From Macrostomum lignano (taxonomy: Eukaryota), in the NCBI GenBank assembly GCA_002269645.1, contig NIVC01004223.1, positions 1 through 54,182 of the forward strand: a stretch of 54,182 nucleotides of DNA, written 5' to 3'. How positions within the stretch are numbered: the stretch's first letter is position 1; the number at the start of each line of letters is the position of its first letter. Shown here piece by piece: positions 17,921-29,959 of this stretch. The notes below the pieces were generated by a model. It was not told the origin of the DNA and did no database searches. It was given only the letters and a program-made list of their open reading frames with translations. The translations under genes were made by a program, and so were the position numbers.

Positions 17921-19583
17921 TTCATATGTTCTCAAAACCATATCAAATGTTTAACAAATAGTTTTTCCCAACAGTGTGTAGATTTGAAATTCATGAAGTA
18001 TGGGTTTATTTTTTTGCAATGCAGATGCTATAGCATCCTAACTTTCAAAATTGCATCTTCAAATTAGACCTTAAATATATTTTTATACCTTAGTACCAGC
18101 AAAAAGAAACTTAGGCTAGGGTTTTTTAGCAATAGGGATATTATACAACATCCTGGCTTTCCAAATCACATCTTGAATTTGGACCTTGGATGCAATTTTG
18201 CATCCTAGTGTCAGCAAAAAACCCAGCATGAAGTTCAAGTATTTTAGCATAAAATACAAGCCTAGAAATAGAAAGGGCCTTGCATATAAAAATGTATACA
18301 ACAGGCCCCTAGGCCCTTTCAATCACCATTGTCCACTATTTGTATTATAGTAGTAGTAGATCACTGATATATTAAGTCACTGAGATGGATGAGGATAAAT
18401 CTCCAATAAATCAGACTAGCAACAAAGGCAAATCTACTTATAACTACTTACTACTGACTATAAAAAAGGATTTACCCAACACTTACCAACCTTTTGTGTC
18501 TGAAAAGTTTAATAAAAAAAGTAAAAATATTTTTAAACACATCAAAGTAAGGCCCTTTATGTCAACATAGAGTAAAAAAGCTTAAATTCTCATTCTGCTG
18601 TGCCCTTGCCATGATCTAGACAATCACAAATAAGTTTGTGTTTTATTTAGCAAATTTACTAAATATTTTGTATGCACAAGGGACCTCAGTGTGATTGTAT
18701 GCTGAGTACATCTTTTGACTACATGGCTATTTATGTATACTATGGCAAACAGCAATTATTACACTTGACAGTAGTACCCTGATTACAATGGGGCATTTCT
18801 CATTATAATTAAATATTGTCCATAATAATCTAATGAGGCGATTCACTCTGTCTAAATGTATTTATGCTCGTAATAAATTTCCTACCAAATTGACTTTTTC
18901 AGCTTTCAGTTTCAAGTATTGCGCTTGTCAGTTTCATTTAGCTCTATTTGGATTTTGCAAGTATGGGCAGGTTAGTGAGCAGGAGTGTAGAGTCCTTTTC
19001 GATTAAAAAAATCTGTGTTGTGTGATCTGGATGCAAAATATGTGTGCCAGCTAATAACATGATTAGGAAGTCTTCCTTAGTCTACCCAGTATCTCCCCTC
19101 TTCCCTCCCCCACCAGGCGCCATCGCTCAGAGTCCTCATCGAGCTCAAAGTCTGCCAGAAAGTATCCTGCATCACTTGGCCACCAGCGTCTGTCGCGCAG
19201 TCGCAAGCGCCGCTGTTTCGGCAATTCGCTAACAGATTCGACAGGTTCAAATGGACTGATCGGCGGCCAGCGCACCGATCTGCCTGCTTGTTTCGATTCC
19301 GATGGCCAGCCTTTGTCCAAACAGCTGATTTTGAGCGACCGGTTTCAACCCATTGTCCTGCTGGAACGAGTTGAAATTGACGAGGCTAAGCCTACTCGTA
19401 TTGGTCTGACTGCGGCTCCGGCCATAGACAATAGAAGGTGCAAATCAACTGCTGACATTGTAGATAATACCAGCCCCTCAGGCTGGTGCTCCGTTATGTA
19501 GCTCTTATAAATTCTGAATCTCTTGAACTATGTCAGACTGCTTGTTCATGCCATTTTATACGATTGTTATTGCTGTTTGTGCA

Positions 19584-20340
19584 GCATAGCAACGGCTGTT
19601 TGTGTCCTTAGATACGGTTACTATTGGTGTTGATTGAGCATAGCAACGGCTGTTTGTGTCCTTAGATACGGTTACTATTGGTGTTGATTGAGCATAGCAA
19701 CAAAGGCTGTTTGTGTCCTTAGATACGGTTAGTATTGGTGTTTATTGAGCATAGCAACAAAGGCTGTTTGTGTCCTTAGATACGGTTAGTATTGGTGTTT
19801 ATTGAGCATAGCAACGGCTGTTTGTGTCCTTAGATACGGTTAGTATTGTTGTTTATTGAGCATAGCAACGGCTGTTTGTGTCGTTAGATACGGTTAGTAT
19901 TGGTGTTTATTGAGCATAGCAATGGCGGTTTGTGTCCTTAGATACGGTTTGTATTGGTGTTTATAATAAACAGTTTATTGACCATAGCAACGGCTGTTTG
20001 TGTCCTTAGATACGGTTAATTATTGGTTTTTATTGAGCATAGCAACGGCTGTTTGTGTCGTTAGATACGGTTAGTATTGGTGTTTATTGAGCATAGCAAT
20101 GGCGGTTTGTGTCCTTAGATACGGTTTGTATTGGTGTTTATAATAAACAGTTTATTGAGCATAGCAACGGCTGTTTGTGTCCTTAGATACGGTTAATTAT
20201 TGGTTTTTATTGAGCATAGCAACGGCTGTTTGTGTCCTTAGATACGGTTAGTATTGGTGTTTATTGAGCATAGCAACGGCTGTTTGTGTCCTTAGATACG
20301 GCTACTTCTGTTGTTTGTTTATAATAGCAACGGCTGTTTG
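19584..20340. repeat. 54-bp minisatellite, ~13 copies with length variants
   Basis: GCATAGCAACGGCTGTTTGTGTCCTTAGATACGGTTA(C/G)TATTGGTGTT(G/T)ATTGA. Some units carry small insertions. Confidence 0.95.
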
Positions 20341-20934
20341 TCTACAAGTAAGTCGTTATCTGTAGTTTATTTTCGTGCTTAAAAGGCATTTTAAAATTCA
20401 AGTTTTTTAGTCAGTAGACGCAAAGCATTTCAATTTGAACTAAACTTTAATAACTAGTATCGATCCATATTTTGCTCATGAAAGCTGACTTCTATATTGA
20501 TACTGCGTCGTTTATTTGACATGTAACTTGTGCAAACTTATTTCCGGTTACTTTTTTAGCTTAAAGCGATCTGCTTATCTCGTAGTTTAACCTGTTTGAG
20601 GCAGCGTGACTTCTGTGTAATTTGTTCTTCTAATCAAGTAAAACATTTTGTGTGTTTGAATTCTTACTAAACAGCTTATGCTCGCAATATTTATTTGCTG
20701 AGTCTGTTTAATTCGCAATTAATACACGAGTATTGATCGAAATTTTAAGTGTGCAATTTTAGTCCTTGGGAACCTTTTTTTAGCAAAATGTGCTTTATTT
20801 GAGTTTGGACTGTTTGTTCCTTTACTTGAGGGGTCAGTACGATAGTCATGTTGTGGTATTGAGCAGGGTGGCTACAAAGACTACAAATCATTTTAGTAAT
20901 TCTTGGGTAGCTATTGAGGCTGAGTATTGAGGTT

Positions 20935-23510
20935 ACAGGGTGGGTATTAATGCTACAGTGTGGTACGACTATTGGGTAACAGAAAATGGTATTGGGGTGA
21001 CAGGGTGGCATTGGGGTGACGAGGTGGGTATTGGGGTGACAGGGTGGGTATTGATGCTACAGCAGTACAGGGTGGGTATTGGGGTGGTAGTGGTAGACTA
21101 TGTTCTTCGCCGATGCCTGCGTGAAGATGATGGCTATGTGCTGGTCTCACGCCGAAGCTCCCGACATCCCGCCGTCTCGCTGCCTGCTCTCGCCTATGCT
21201 GATGACACTGCCCTTCTGTGTCGCGATCCGGCTGCTGCCCAACGGGCTCTGTCTAGACTCTACGAAAAGGGCATCTGAGTTGCCTTGGTGATCAACGCAT
21301 CCAAGACTGAGGTGCTCCACGTGGGCACTGCAACTACCCCTGCGCTAGCTCTTCCAAATGGAGAAGTCGTCAAGGTGTGCGAGGACTTCCGCTACCTCGG
21401 CTCCCTTGTCTTGAGCCCCGACACCATTGTCTCTGACAGGAGGACTCGGGCCTGGCGTGCGGCACGCATGCTCAGGAGCGTCTTCAATTCAACCGCTCGC
21501 GACGACCTAAAGATGCACCTTTTCCGCACTGCCATTGAGCCGATTCTCCTATATGGCATGGAGGCTGTGCCAATGACTGCAACGCGACAGCAAGCCCTGG
21601 ATGCTCACTACAGGTCGCTGCTCCGCTATGCCCTGGGCGAGCACTACCCTGATACTGTGCCGACTAGGGACCTGATGACTCGCGCTGGTGTTCCCGCGCT
21701 CAGCTGCACTATCCGTAAACGCCGTCAGATGTTATTTGGCCACTGCCTAAGAAGCCACGGCCGCGGCGAGCAAAATCCACTGGCGCTGGCTCTCCTGCAT
21801 CAGCCCACTGAGCGTCTGCGCCGTGGCCAAGGCCGAACTGTGACGCTAAATGATACGTTTCTGACTGACTTGCAGGCCATCGGGCTCAGCCCCCAGTCCG
21901 CCATGACTTGCCCCCCTCGGTTGTTCTGCGAACGCGTCCGCGCAAAGTCTCGCTAGATCTCTTTTTGGCTGTGCTACTCTCTGACTCTCTGCGTCGCTAG
22001 ATATATATATATATATTGGGGTGACAGGGTGGGTATTGGGGTGACAGGGTGGGTATTGGGGTGACAGGGTGGGTATTGGGGTGATAGGGTGGGTATTGGG
22101 GTGACAGGGTGGGTATTGGGGTGACAGGGTGGGTATTGGGGTGACAGGGTGGGTATTGGGGTGACAGGGTGGGTATTGGGGTGACAGGGTGGGTATTGAT
22201 GCTACAGCAGTACAGGGTAGGTATTGGGGTGACAGGGTGGGTATTGGGGTGAATGCAGGGTGGGTATTGATGCTACTGCAGTACAGGGTGGGTATTGGGG
22301 TGACAGGGTGGGTATTGATGCTTCAGCAGTACAGGGTAGGTATTGGGGTGACAGGGTGGGTATTGATGCTACTGCAGTACAGGGTGGGTATTGGGGTGAC
22401 AGGGTGGGTATTGATGCTACAGCAGTACAGGGTAGGTATTGGGGTGACAGGGTGGGTATTGATGCTACAGCAGTACAGGGTAGGTATTGGGGTGAATGCA
22501 GGGTGGGTATTGATGCTACTGCAGTACAGGGTGGGTATTGGGGTGACAGGGTGGGTATTGATGCTACAGCAGTACATGGTAGGTATTGGGGTGACAGGGT
22601 GGGTATTGGGGTGACAGGGTGGGTATTGATGCTACAGCAGTACAGGGTGGGTATTGGGGTAACAGGGTGGGTATTGATGCTACTGCAGTACAGGGTGGGT
22701 ATTGGGGTGACAGGGTGGGTATTGATGCTACAGCAGTACAGGGTAGGTATTGGGGTGACAGGGTGGGTATTGATGCTACAGCAGTACAGGGTAGGTATTG
22801 GGGTGAATGCAGGGTGGGTATTGATGCTACTGCAGTACAGGGTGGGTATTGGGATGACAGGGTGGGTATTGATGCTACAGCAGTACATGGTAGGTATTGG
22901 GGTGACAGGGTGGGTATTGGGGTGACAGGGTGGGTATTGGGGTGACAGGGTGGGTATTGGGGTGACAGGGTGGGTATTGATGCTACAGCAGTACAGGGTG
23001 GGTATTGGGGTGACAGGGTGGGTATTGGGGTGACAGGGTGGGTATTGATGCTACAGCAGTACAGGGTAGGTATTGGGGTGACAGGGTGGGTATTGGGGTG
23101 ACAGGGTGGGTATTGATGCTACTGCAGTACAGGGTAGGTATTGGGGTGACAGGGTGGGTATTGGGGTGACAGGGTGGGTATTGATGCTACTGCAGTACAG
23201 GGTAGGTATTGGGGTGACAGGGTGGGTATTGGGGTGACTGCAGGGTGGGTATTGATGCTACTGCAGTACAGGGTGGGTATTGGGGTGACAGGGTGGGTAT
23301 TGGGGTGACTGCAGGGTGGGTATTGATGCTACTGCAGTACAGGGTGGGTATTGGGGTGACAGGGTGGGTATTGGGGTGACTGCAGGGTGGGTATTGATGC
23401 TACTGCAGTACAGGGTGGGTATTGGGGTGACAGGGTGGGTATTGGGGTGACTGCAGGGTGGGTATTGATGCTACTGCAGTACAGGGTGGGTATTGGGGTG
23501 ACAGGGTGGG
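20935..23510. repeat. G-rich composite satellite (20-bp and 28-bp units), interrupted by an RTE fragment
   Basis: GGGTGGGTATTGGGGTGACA and GGGT(G/A)GGTATTGATGCTAC(A/T)GCAGTACA units at 20935-21085 and 22016-23510. Confidence 0.95.
21085..22016 (+). mobile_element. 5'-truncated RTE-like non-LTR retrotransposon
   Basis: VVVDYVLRRCL...RRSSRHPAVSLPALAYADDTALL...INASKTEV...FRYLGS...EPILLYG...RRQMLFGHCLR, with one in-frame TGA at 21276-21278. A short 3' UTR ends in (TA)n at ~22001-22016. Confidence 0.9.
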
Positions 23511-23942
23511 GTGGGAAAGTATTACGAATGTGCCCTACTATACACGGATATGTAAAGTGCATTGCCAATGCATTGTGCTGCAGGCACTAAATGTAGTTCG
23601 AGTGAAACTTGTGACAAGCAGCAATTAGCTAGAAAACTTAAGCTGCTCCGAAGTTTCTTTCGAGAAATTACCTGCTTTTAAGTGGGACAGACGATGCGCG
23701 CCCATAAATAAAACAAATGCGCCGTTTAAATTGCTTTTCCTCCAAGCTGCACATTCGCCCCTCCTGAAACATGTCAGATGGAGGAAGTTGCATGTACATG
23801 AAATTTATAACGGCCAATGAAGTCTCTACGAGAGTTTGAGTTAAAATATTGCTACACCTTGTACATGTAATTATACTTTTTTTCTAACCCAAGCCTTTTT
23901 AAAGCCTCTGATCTTCCTTTAAGATGCTTGTTCACACCCTCT

Positions 23943-24632
23943 CTTCAGCTCGGACACCCTCTTGATCCTCAGCTCGGACACCCTCTGATCCTGAGCTCGG
24001 ACACCCTCTGATCCTCAGCTCGGACACCCTCTGATCCTGAGCTCGGACACCCTCTGATCCTCAGCTCGGACACCCTCTGATCATCAGCTCGGACACCCTC
24101 TGATCCTCAGCTCGGACACCCTCGATCTGTTCCTCAGCTCGGACACCCTCTTGATCCTCAGCTCGGACACCCTCTGTTCCTCAGCTCGGACACCCTCTGA
24201 TCCTCAGCTCGGACACCCTCTGATCCTCAGCTCGGACACCCTCTGATCCTCAGCTCGGACACCTCATTGAGCCTCAGCTCGGACACCATCTGATCCTCAG
24301 CTCGGACACCCTCTGATCCTCAGCTCGTACACCTCATTGAGCCTCAGCTCGGACACCCCTCTTGATCCTCAGCTCGGACACCCCTCTTGATCCTCAGCTC
24401 GGAAACCCTCTTGATCCTCAGCTCGGACACTCTTTCATTCTCATCTCGGACACCTCGATCATTGATCCTCAGCTCGGACACCTCGATCATTGATCCTCAG
24501 CTCGGACACCTCGATCATTGATCCTCAGCTCTGACACCTCACTGATCCTCAGCTCGGACACCCTCTTGAACCTCAGCTGGGGCAACCCTCTGATCCTCAG
24601 CTCGGACAACCCTCTGATCCTTTAGTTCGGAC
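23943..24632. repeat. 23-bp minisatellite, ~29 copies
   Basis: Unit CTCAGCTCGGACACCCTCTGATC with small indel variants. Confidence 0.95.
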
Positions 24633-25234
24633 GGCTCCGGCCATATTTGAGTTCATTGTAGAGCTTTGAAAGAATCAGAAGTTGATGAACTGTAAATGCT
24701 GATTTGGATAAGACTGCGCATATTACACTGATTTACTCCTTTCGAATATTTTGCTTGTATTTCCGCAAGATTTGAATCGACATGCGAGCGTCTGTAAGAT
24801 GGGAATCGCGGTGGTATTAAGCAGACGACTATATAGTATAGTATAAGCGCGTATACAGCTATTCCGAATGCATAATTCTCTGCTATGTCAATACATGTAC
24901 TCTGTGTAACATAGAAAAAAATCAAATTTGGTACTTGCATATGTATATATTTATGGATGATATTAAGGCCAGCCCAGTTCACAGGCTTTAGGACGCACAC
25001 TGCACATACAAGCTAAACGGAATTGACGCTCCATGTAATAGCAAGGATTATCCCAAAGCAGTGATTATGACGTGTAATGCGTGTTCCAGGATTTATTACG
25101 TTGTTGAAGTTTTAATTATAAGACTTCTAAATACGAACTTGCTCAAAACTCGATCATAAATACGTGCTAAAATAAGCTTAGAAATTTTGGATAAAAATTT
25201 CCGTGTAAATCGCAAACACAGATTCAAGAATAAA

Positions 25235-25570
25235 TAGATAGGCCTATCAGCAGATTTGCGTGTAAGCTACTTTCAGTTCAGTAGTGAGTTAAGTACAAGC
25301 ATTTTAACTCTCTGGCTCTTCTCTCTCTACCCCCCGGCCCGCCTAATTTTTATTGCCTTTCTCGGTGTTTAAGCGGCCATGTAAATTTCAGTGGCGCCTG
25401 GCTAATGTCACACATGTACATTGCGGCTGAACCAATAACAAGTTTGCAATCTCTGGCTTCTAAACTTATCAAAGTCAATTCAAGCTGCCTTTGTTTTTAA
25501 AATAGCTTATGTATTCTTTTTTGCTACTGAACTGAAAGTAGCTTAGCTATTGGTGAGTGCAACTCAATAA
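25235..25570. mobile_element. MITE-like element, copy 1
   Basis: 22-bp perfect inverted repeat TAAGCTACTTTCAGTTCAGTAG (25263-25284 / 25524-25545). Internal and flanking sequence is homologous to 43690-44112. Outer boundaries are approximate. Confidence 0.7.
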
Positions 25571-25629
25571 TTTGCCGGCTACGGCTAGCGCACAGTCGTT
25601 GTTGCAGTCAGTCTAGTATTAAATAATAC

Positions 25630-28600
25630 TCAGGCCACGGTCTCTTTGCACAGCACGTGTCTCCAGCTCGTCAGTTGACCGTTGCCCCCGCCTCCACTCA
25701 CGTCGCCGATTCTGCCCATCGATGCGTCTTCCTCAGAGACATCGTCAAGACGGTCGTCGGCGCCAAACCTGTGCCTGTTGTCGCCGCCGCTACTCCCGAA
25801 CCCGATCCCGTTGCTGCTGTCAATCCTCTTCTTCGATGAGGCGTAGCAGTTCAGCGAGAAGCGCAACTCGTTGGACATCTCGGCGCACAGCGGCTGGCTG
25901 CCTGCTTCGGCGTGCTTGCGCGAGTTCCACACGAATTCGACCAGGGCGACCAGCACAGCGAGCACCAGGCCGCACACCAGCACCAGGAAGATGCCGCCAA
26001 CGTTGTGCATGTCTAGAGCTGAGGCGGCCGACTCCTTGGGATCCTGACCGCGACAAGCACCGGTCTCCTTCCACCACCTGTTCTTGAGCGTCTGAAGCTC
26101 CTGATCCCGCTGCAGCTCGAGTATCTTCAAGGTGAGCTCGTCGCGCAGTTTCTCCCGGTTGGGCCGAACCCCGATGCCGTAGCCTTTGCTGTCGATGAGG
26201 CCTCCCACCTGTACAAGCTTGCACTCGCGTTCCACGTGGTACTCAATCATCGCCGACTCCATTAGGAATGCGTAGCCGCCCTTTTTCACTCGCTCGATGC
26301 CCTGCTCAGTTGTCTTCGGCTTCAGATGCGGCCGCTCTTTCATGTAGTTCGCCATGGTCTTGTACGTGTCAATCTGCGACGTATCAAAGAACGTCTCAGT
26401 TGAGCCGCCCGACAGGACGCCGTACTCAATAGCCGACTGTTTGACGAGGTCCTCGGCGCTCTCTATGGGCGAGACCATGCGCTCAACGGTGAGAAAGGCG
26501 GCCAGGTTGGCCGTGTAGGAGCTGATGATGATGAGGGTGAAGAACCACCAGATGGAGCTCACTAGCCGCGTACTGGCTGCCCTGGGATTCACATCGGATC
26601 CCTGTTGCATCAGGGTGGCCACAGTGAACCAGAACGAGTTGGACAGAGAGAATGTGTTCACTAGGTAGTCGGATTCCTCTCGGCAAGGATGCGGATTGAG
26701 CCATTCGTAGGGCGAGAACCTTGCCAGGGCGTAGATCATCAGCGTTACCACGATGTACGCGGCCAGGACGTAGAGCCAGATCTCCACGGCCAGGGGATTA
26801 AGAAAGCTGAACAAGCCGGGCTTCTCACTTTTCGGCTTCTTGAACAGTATGCTGATGCCCAGGTTCATGAACGGCTTGGTGAAGTCTATGACCTTCTCGC
26901 GCTCGTAGGTGATGGTGAACGAGCCCAGGGCGATGTCCGCTCGGCCCTCGATCAGCTCCAGCATGATGCCGCTCCATTCGCACGGGCATTGGCTGGCGTC
27001 GCCGGAGCACGGCCCCACGGGTTCGCAGTTGCCATAGTTACCGTCCGGAGCTCTGTAGATTGTCCACTCTAGGCCGGTTCGATTGGCGATCAACTCCATC
27101 ATATCGATGCAGAATCCTTCCAGGTGCTGCCGATGAAATTCAACGTCTGGCTTCACCTTGTCGTTGGAGTCCAGGTAGCGGCCGCGATACTCGCGTTTAA
27201 TCCAAATAAATGGCTGCGTTGCTACGGCAACCACGCGCAGCACCTTGTTCTTGAGTGGGAACACGTTTTTCAGGTCGAACGGCTCTCTGATGACATGAAG
27301 TTGGCCGCGAGCAGCCTGGGTCCAGTTGGCGAACATCTTTAAACCATCCGGCTGCAGGTGCAGCAGCTCAAGGCTGAGGTCGCTGCGCGAGTTGCCGGAG
27401 AACTGCATGCGGCCGGTGAGGCCTTTGCTAAGATTGGCCGACCTCAGGTGACTCATCAGGCTGGCGCCGAGGTTCGGCTGCGACTGCTGATGAGTTTCTA
27501 TTGGCAAAGGGGGCTGCGATGACGTCTCGAGGAACAGCTCACTACAGTTGGACTTGGTTTGGTGCAATCGACGGTTGTTGCTGAAGGCTGTCAAGGCGCT
27601 GGCCAGCAGTTGTACGGCATCGTACACCAGAGCCGGACCGAGGCCCAGCCGGCCGTCCTGGGTGAGGATGCCGACGCTCTCGTAGGAGCTCGGATCCACT
27701 CTCTGGTGCCGCTCTGTCCAGGTGCGCATTGCGCTCAGCACCGACCCGTAGTGCTCGGCATCGCCCGGCAGAACCCGCATCAGCGTCAGGTTGGCTCCAT
27801 TCTGGCCGTAGTCGTTCAAGGACAAAGTGCTGGCGTCGAGGTTGGCTAACACGAAGTGAAAGTCCCTGTTCATCAAGCCTTTATTTGTAGCTGCGCGTAG
27901 GAAATGGGCGCTGGACTGCAGGCTGAGGTCGACTATTATCTTGGTCCAGCCGGCAGATCCGACCTCCTTCAGCAGCGAGTACACCTCCGCGGGGATGTAG
28001 CGCTTGATGCGGAAGTAGAGCGCCTTGGTGTCCCGCCGGTTGCTGAAAACATTCTCCAGTCTGAATAGGCTCTCCTCATTCTCGTAGACGACGAGCACTT
28101 CCTGCCAGCGGAAGTAGTCAACGATATCAATGAGACAGCGGCTGATGTGATCAACGGACGGGTGCAGGTTGAGCATGAACTCTTCGGTGGTAGAAAGCGC
28201 CGACTGCAGCTCCAGCTGAGGCATTCTGGTAAGTGAGGTCACGGAAGCTGCCAGCGGGCCTGGAGACCCCGCTGCGTTATCTGGCCCAATCAGAGCCACC
28301 GCACCTTCCTCAAGCATCTGGCAGACAGCCTGACTGGTCTGGAACACGTCCGAATCTGACAGCAGCTTGACGATTGGCTCCAGCTCGTGCCGGCAGAAGA
28401 TGCTGCTGCTCAGATTGGCGGACTCGCCGAGCTCCGCGGTCATGCGCTGCCTGACATCGGTCAGGGCAAAGTAGAAAGCGTTCCGCTTCAGCAGGCCGTC
28501 CAGAGAATGATTGAACAGCGCCCCGATGCCCAGTTGCATCTTGGCCCGTTGAGGACAATCCGCTGGCGCCGTCACGGACGAAGCTGGCGGCGTCAGGAGC

Positions 28601-28659
28601 GTAGAGACGAAGGCCGCGACCAGCGCGGACGCCGCGGCAAGCCGCCTTCCAGCCGGCAT
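25630..28659 (-). CDS. Ionotropic glutamate receptor subunit, kainate-type, single exon
   Basis: 1009-aa ORF with signal peptide, ATD, S1 FTITYEREKVIDFTKPFM, M1, pore loop LMQQG (unedited Q), M3 SYTANLAAFLT, S2 GGSTETFF and AFLMES, M4, and C-terminal KETVA. Confidence 0.95.
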   Translation of the reverse strand: MPAGRRLAAASALVAAFVSTLLTPPASSVTAPADCPQRAKMQLGIGALFNHSLDGLLKRNAFYFALTDVRQRMTAELGESANLSSSIFCRHELEPIVKLLSDSDVFQTSQAVCQMLEEGAVALIGPDNAAGSPGPLAASVTSLTRMPQLELQSALSTTEEFMLNLHPSVDHISRCLIDIVDYFRWQEVLVVYENEESLFRLENVFSNRRDTKALYFRIKRYIPAEVYSLLKEVGSAGWTKIIVDLSLQSSAHFLRAATNKGLMNRDFHFVLANLDASTLSLNDYGQNGANLTLMRVLPGDAEHYGSVLSAMRTWTERHQRVDPSSYESVGILTQDGRLGLGPALVYDAVQLLASALTAFSNNRRLHQTKSNCSELFLETSSQPPLPIETHQQSQPNLGASLMSHLRSANLSKGLTGRMQFSGNSRSDLSLELLHLQPDGLKMFANWTQAARGQLHVIREPFDLKNVFPLKNKVLRVVAVATQPFIWIKREYRGRYLDSNDKVKPDVEFHRQHLEGFCIDMMELIANRTGLEWTIYRAPDGNYGNCEPVGPCSGDASQCPCEWSGIMLELIEGRADIALGSFTITYEREKVIDFTKPFMNLGISILFKKPKSEKPGLFSFLNPLAVEIWLYVLAAYIVVTLMIYALARFSPYEWLNPHPCREESDYLVNTFSLSNSFWFTVATLMQQGSDVNPRAASTRLVSSIWWFFTLIIISSYTANLAAFLTVERMVSPIESAEDLVKQSAIEYGVLSGGSTETFFDTSQIDTYKTMANYMKERPHLKPKTTEQGIERVKKGGYAFLMESAMIEYHVERECKLVQVGGLIDSKGYGIGVRPNREKLRDELTLKILELQRDQELQTLKNRWWKETGACRGQDPKESAASALDMHNVGGIFLVLVCGLVLAVLVALVEFVWNSRKHAEAGSQPLCAEMSNELRFSLNCYASSKKRIDSSNGIGFGSSGGDNRHRFGADDRLDDVSEEDASMGRIGDVSGGGGNGQLTSWRHVLCKETVA

Positions 28660-29959
28660 TTTTCGCCTACGATCGGCCAGATGTCATCTGACTGCTTCGG
28701 CTTCTCTCCGTGTCTGTCAGGAGAAATTGTTTAATTATTGAGTTCTGCTTTTGACTGTCAGCTTAGACTTCGCCTACACAGCTGATGCCTGATTCTATTT
28801 CAGGCGGCTGGCTGGCTCTGCTTCAGCTCTGCTTTGGCATTGGAAGGCTTCCCCTCTAACGCATATAAGCCTCATTGGTAGCTCCCCCCCTGCGGCCACT
28901 CGCGGGGAACGAAAACTATAATTTCTTCCCCATTTCTGCCTGCAACTGGACCGCAGCTTTATTCTCCCCTTCCTGTACCCTCTCAGTCCCCGCGCGGCTG
29001 GTCTGGGATCTCCCGCTGAGGGGCGGGGAGGTGCACGGAGAGGCAAGAGCAGGAGCTAAAAGAGGGGAGCAAGCAGAGAGGAAGGGCTGCTTGCTAAAAG
29101 AAATGGGAAGAAAGAATGCTTGGGGTTGATTGTAGAGGAATATGTTTTAGTTCTGACTCTCCCCTCTCTACCCCTCAAAACGAAGGCTTATACATGGCTT
29201 CCCCCGTTTCTTCTCTTCCCTTTCTCCCAATCTCCCAAAAATCTCCCCATACAGGCCCCGCGGATTAATGCTCCCATAGATTATGCTCCCCCTGTCCCCA
29301 GTGAGTAGCAGGAGAGCCTGTCTTCCTTCCTCATCTGTGGGGTTTTGTTCCGAAAGTCTGTTCCGAGAGAGAGGCTGAGAGAGAGGGAGAGGTCGTATCG
29401 GGTAGGGTGTGGTTTCCCCCTGCTCAACTACATGTGAGCAGATCTTTATTTGACAGTAGTGGCTATAGTAATATCTCTGACTGAAATATTAGAATGCTGA
29501 CTGAAGTCGAGCAGGCAGATTCGATAGCTATGCTTGATCGGCTGATGAGCATGCCAGCGTAGAGCATATCAGAGTTGATAGGAGACTGCCGTATTATATG
29601 CATGTAGCTCACGGGTGAGCGATGTACGATGGCTTACAGATGGGAGCCACAGCTGTTTATGATGAAATTGAAGAGGAATTCTTATCAGATCCTACAAGAC
29701 CCTGGAGCAGCTGCCGCCCTCGCTGTCGCCTTTCCGCATTAGCATTTCTTAGCATTTTCTTAAAAATAAACATCTCTTGGATTGAGGTTTAGATAGATTG
29801 ACTGTCCTGACGGCCGCGACCACAAAAATTTTTTGCCTTCGTTTTTTTACAAGTTTCAACAAGAATAGTATTTGTACATGTGAAAGCATGACTTAAGAAG
29901 CCATAATTTTACGCAAACTGGCGCCTGAAATCCAGCATGTGGCGCTAAATTGGCGCTAA

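Noticed and set aside
19063-19320. Possible coding exon in a GC-rich island
   Set aside because: It has no recognisable domain and no convincing splice-site pair, and the frame is ambiguous.
22189-22945. Repeat-peptide ORFs here and at 32436-32801, 33576-34268 and 49261-50165
   Set aside because: Frames are open only because the satellite unit lacks stops. Several frames on both strands are open and there is no codon-position bias.
25657-28734. Antisense and alternative-frame ORFs overlapping the iGluR, PolB and MCP genes
   Set aside because: They are shadows of the real coding frames and have no independent motifs.
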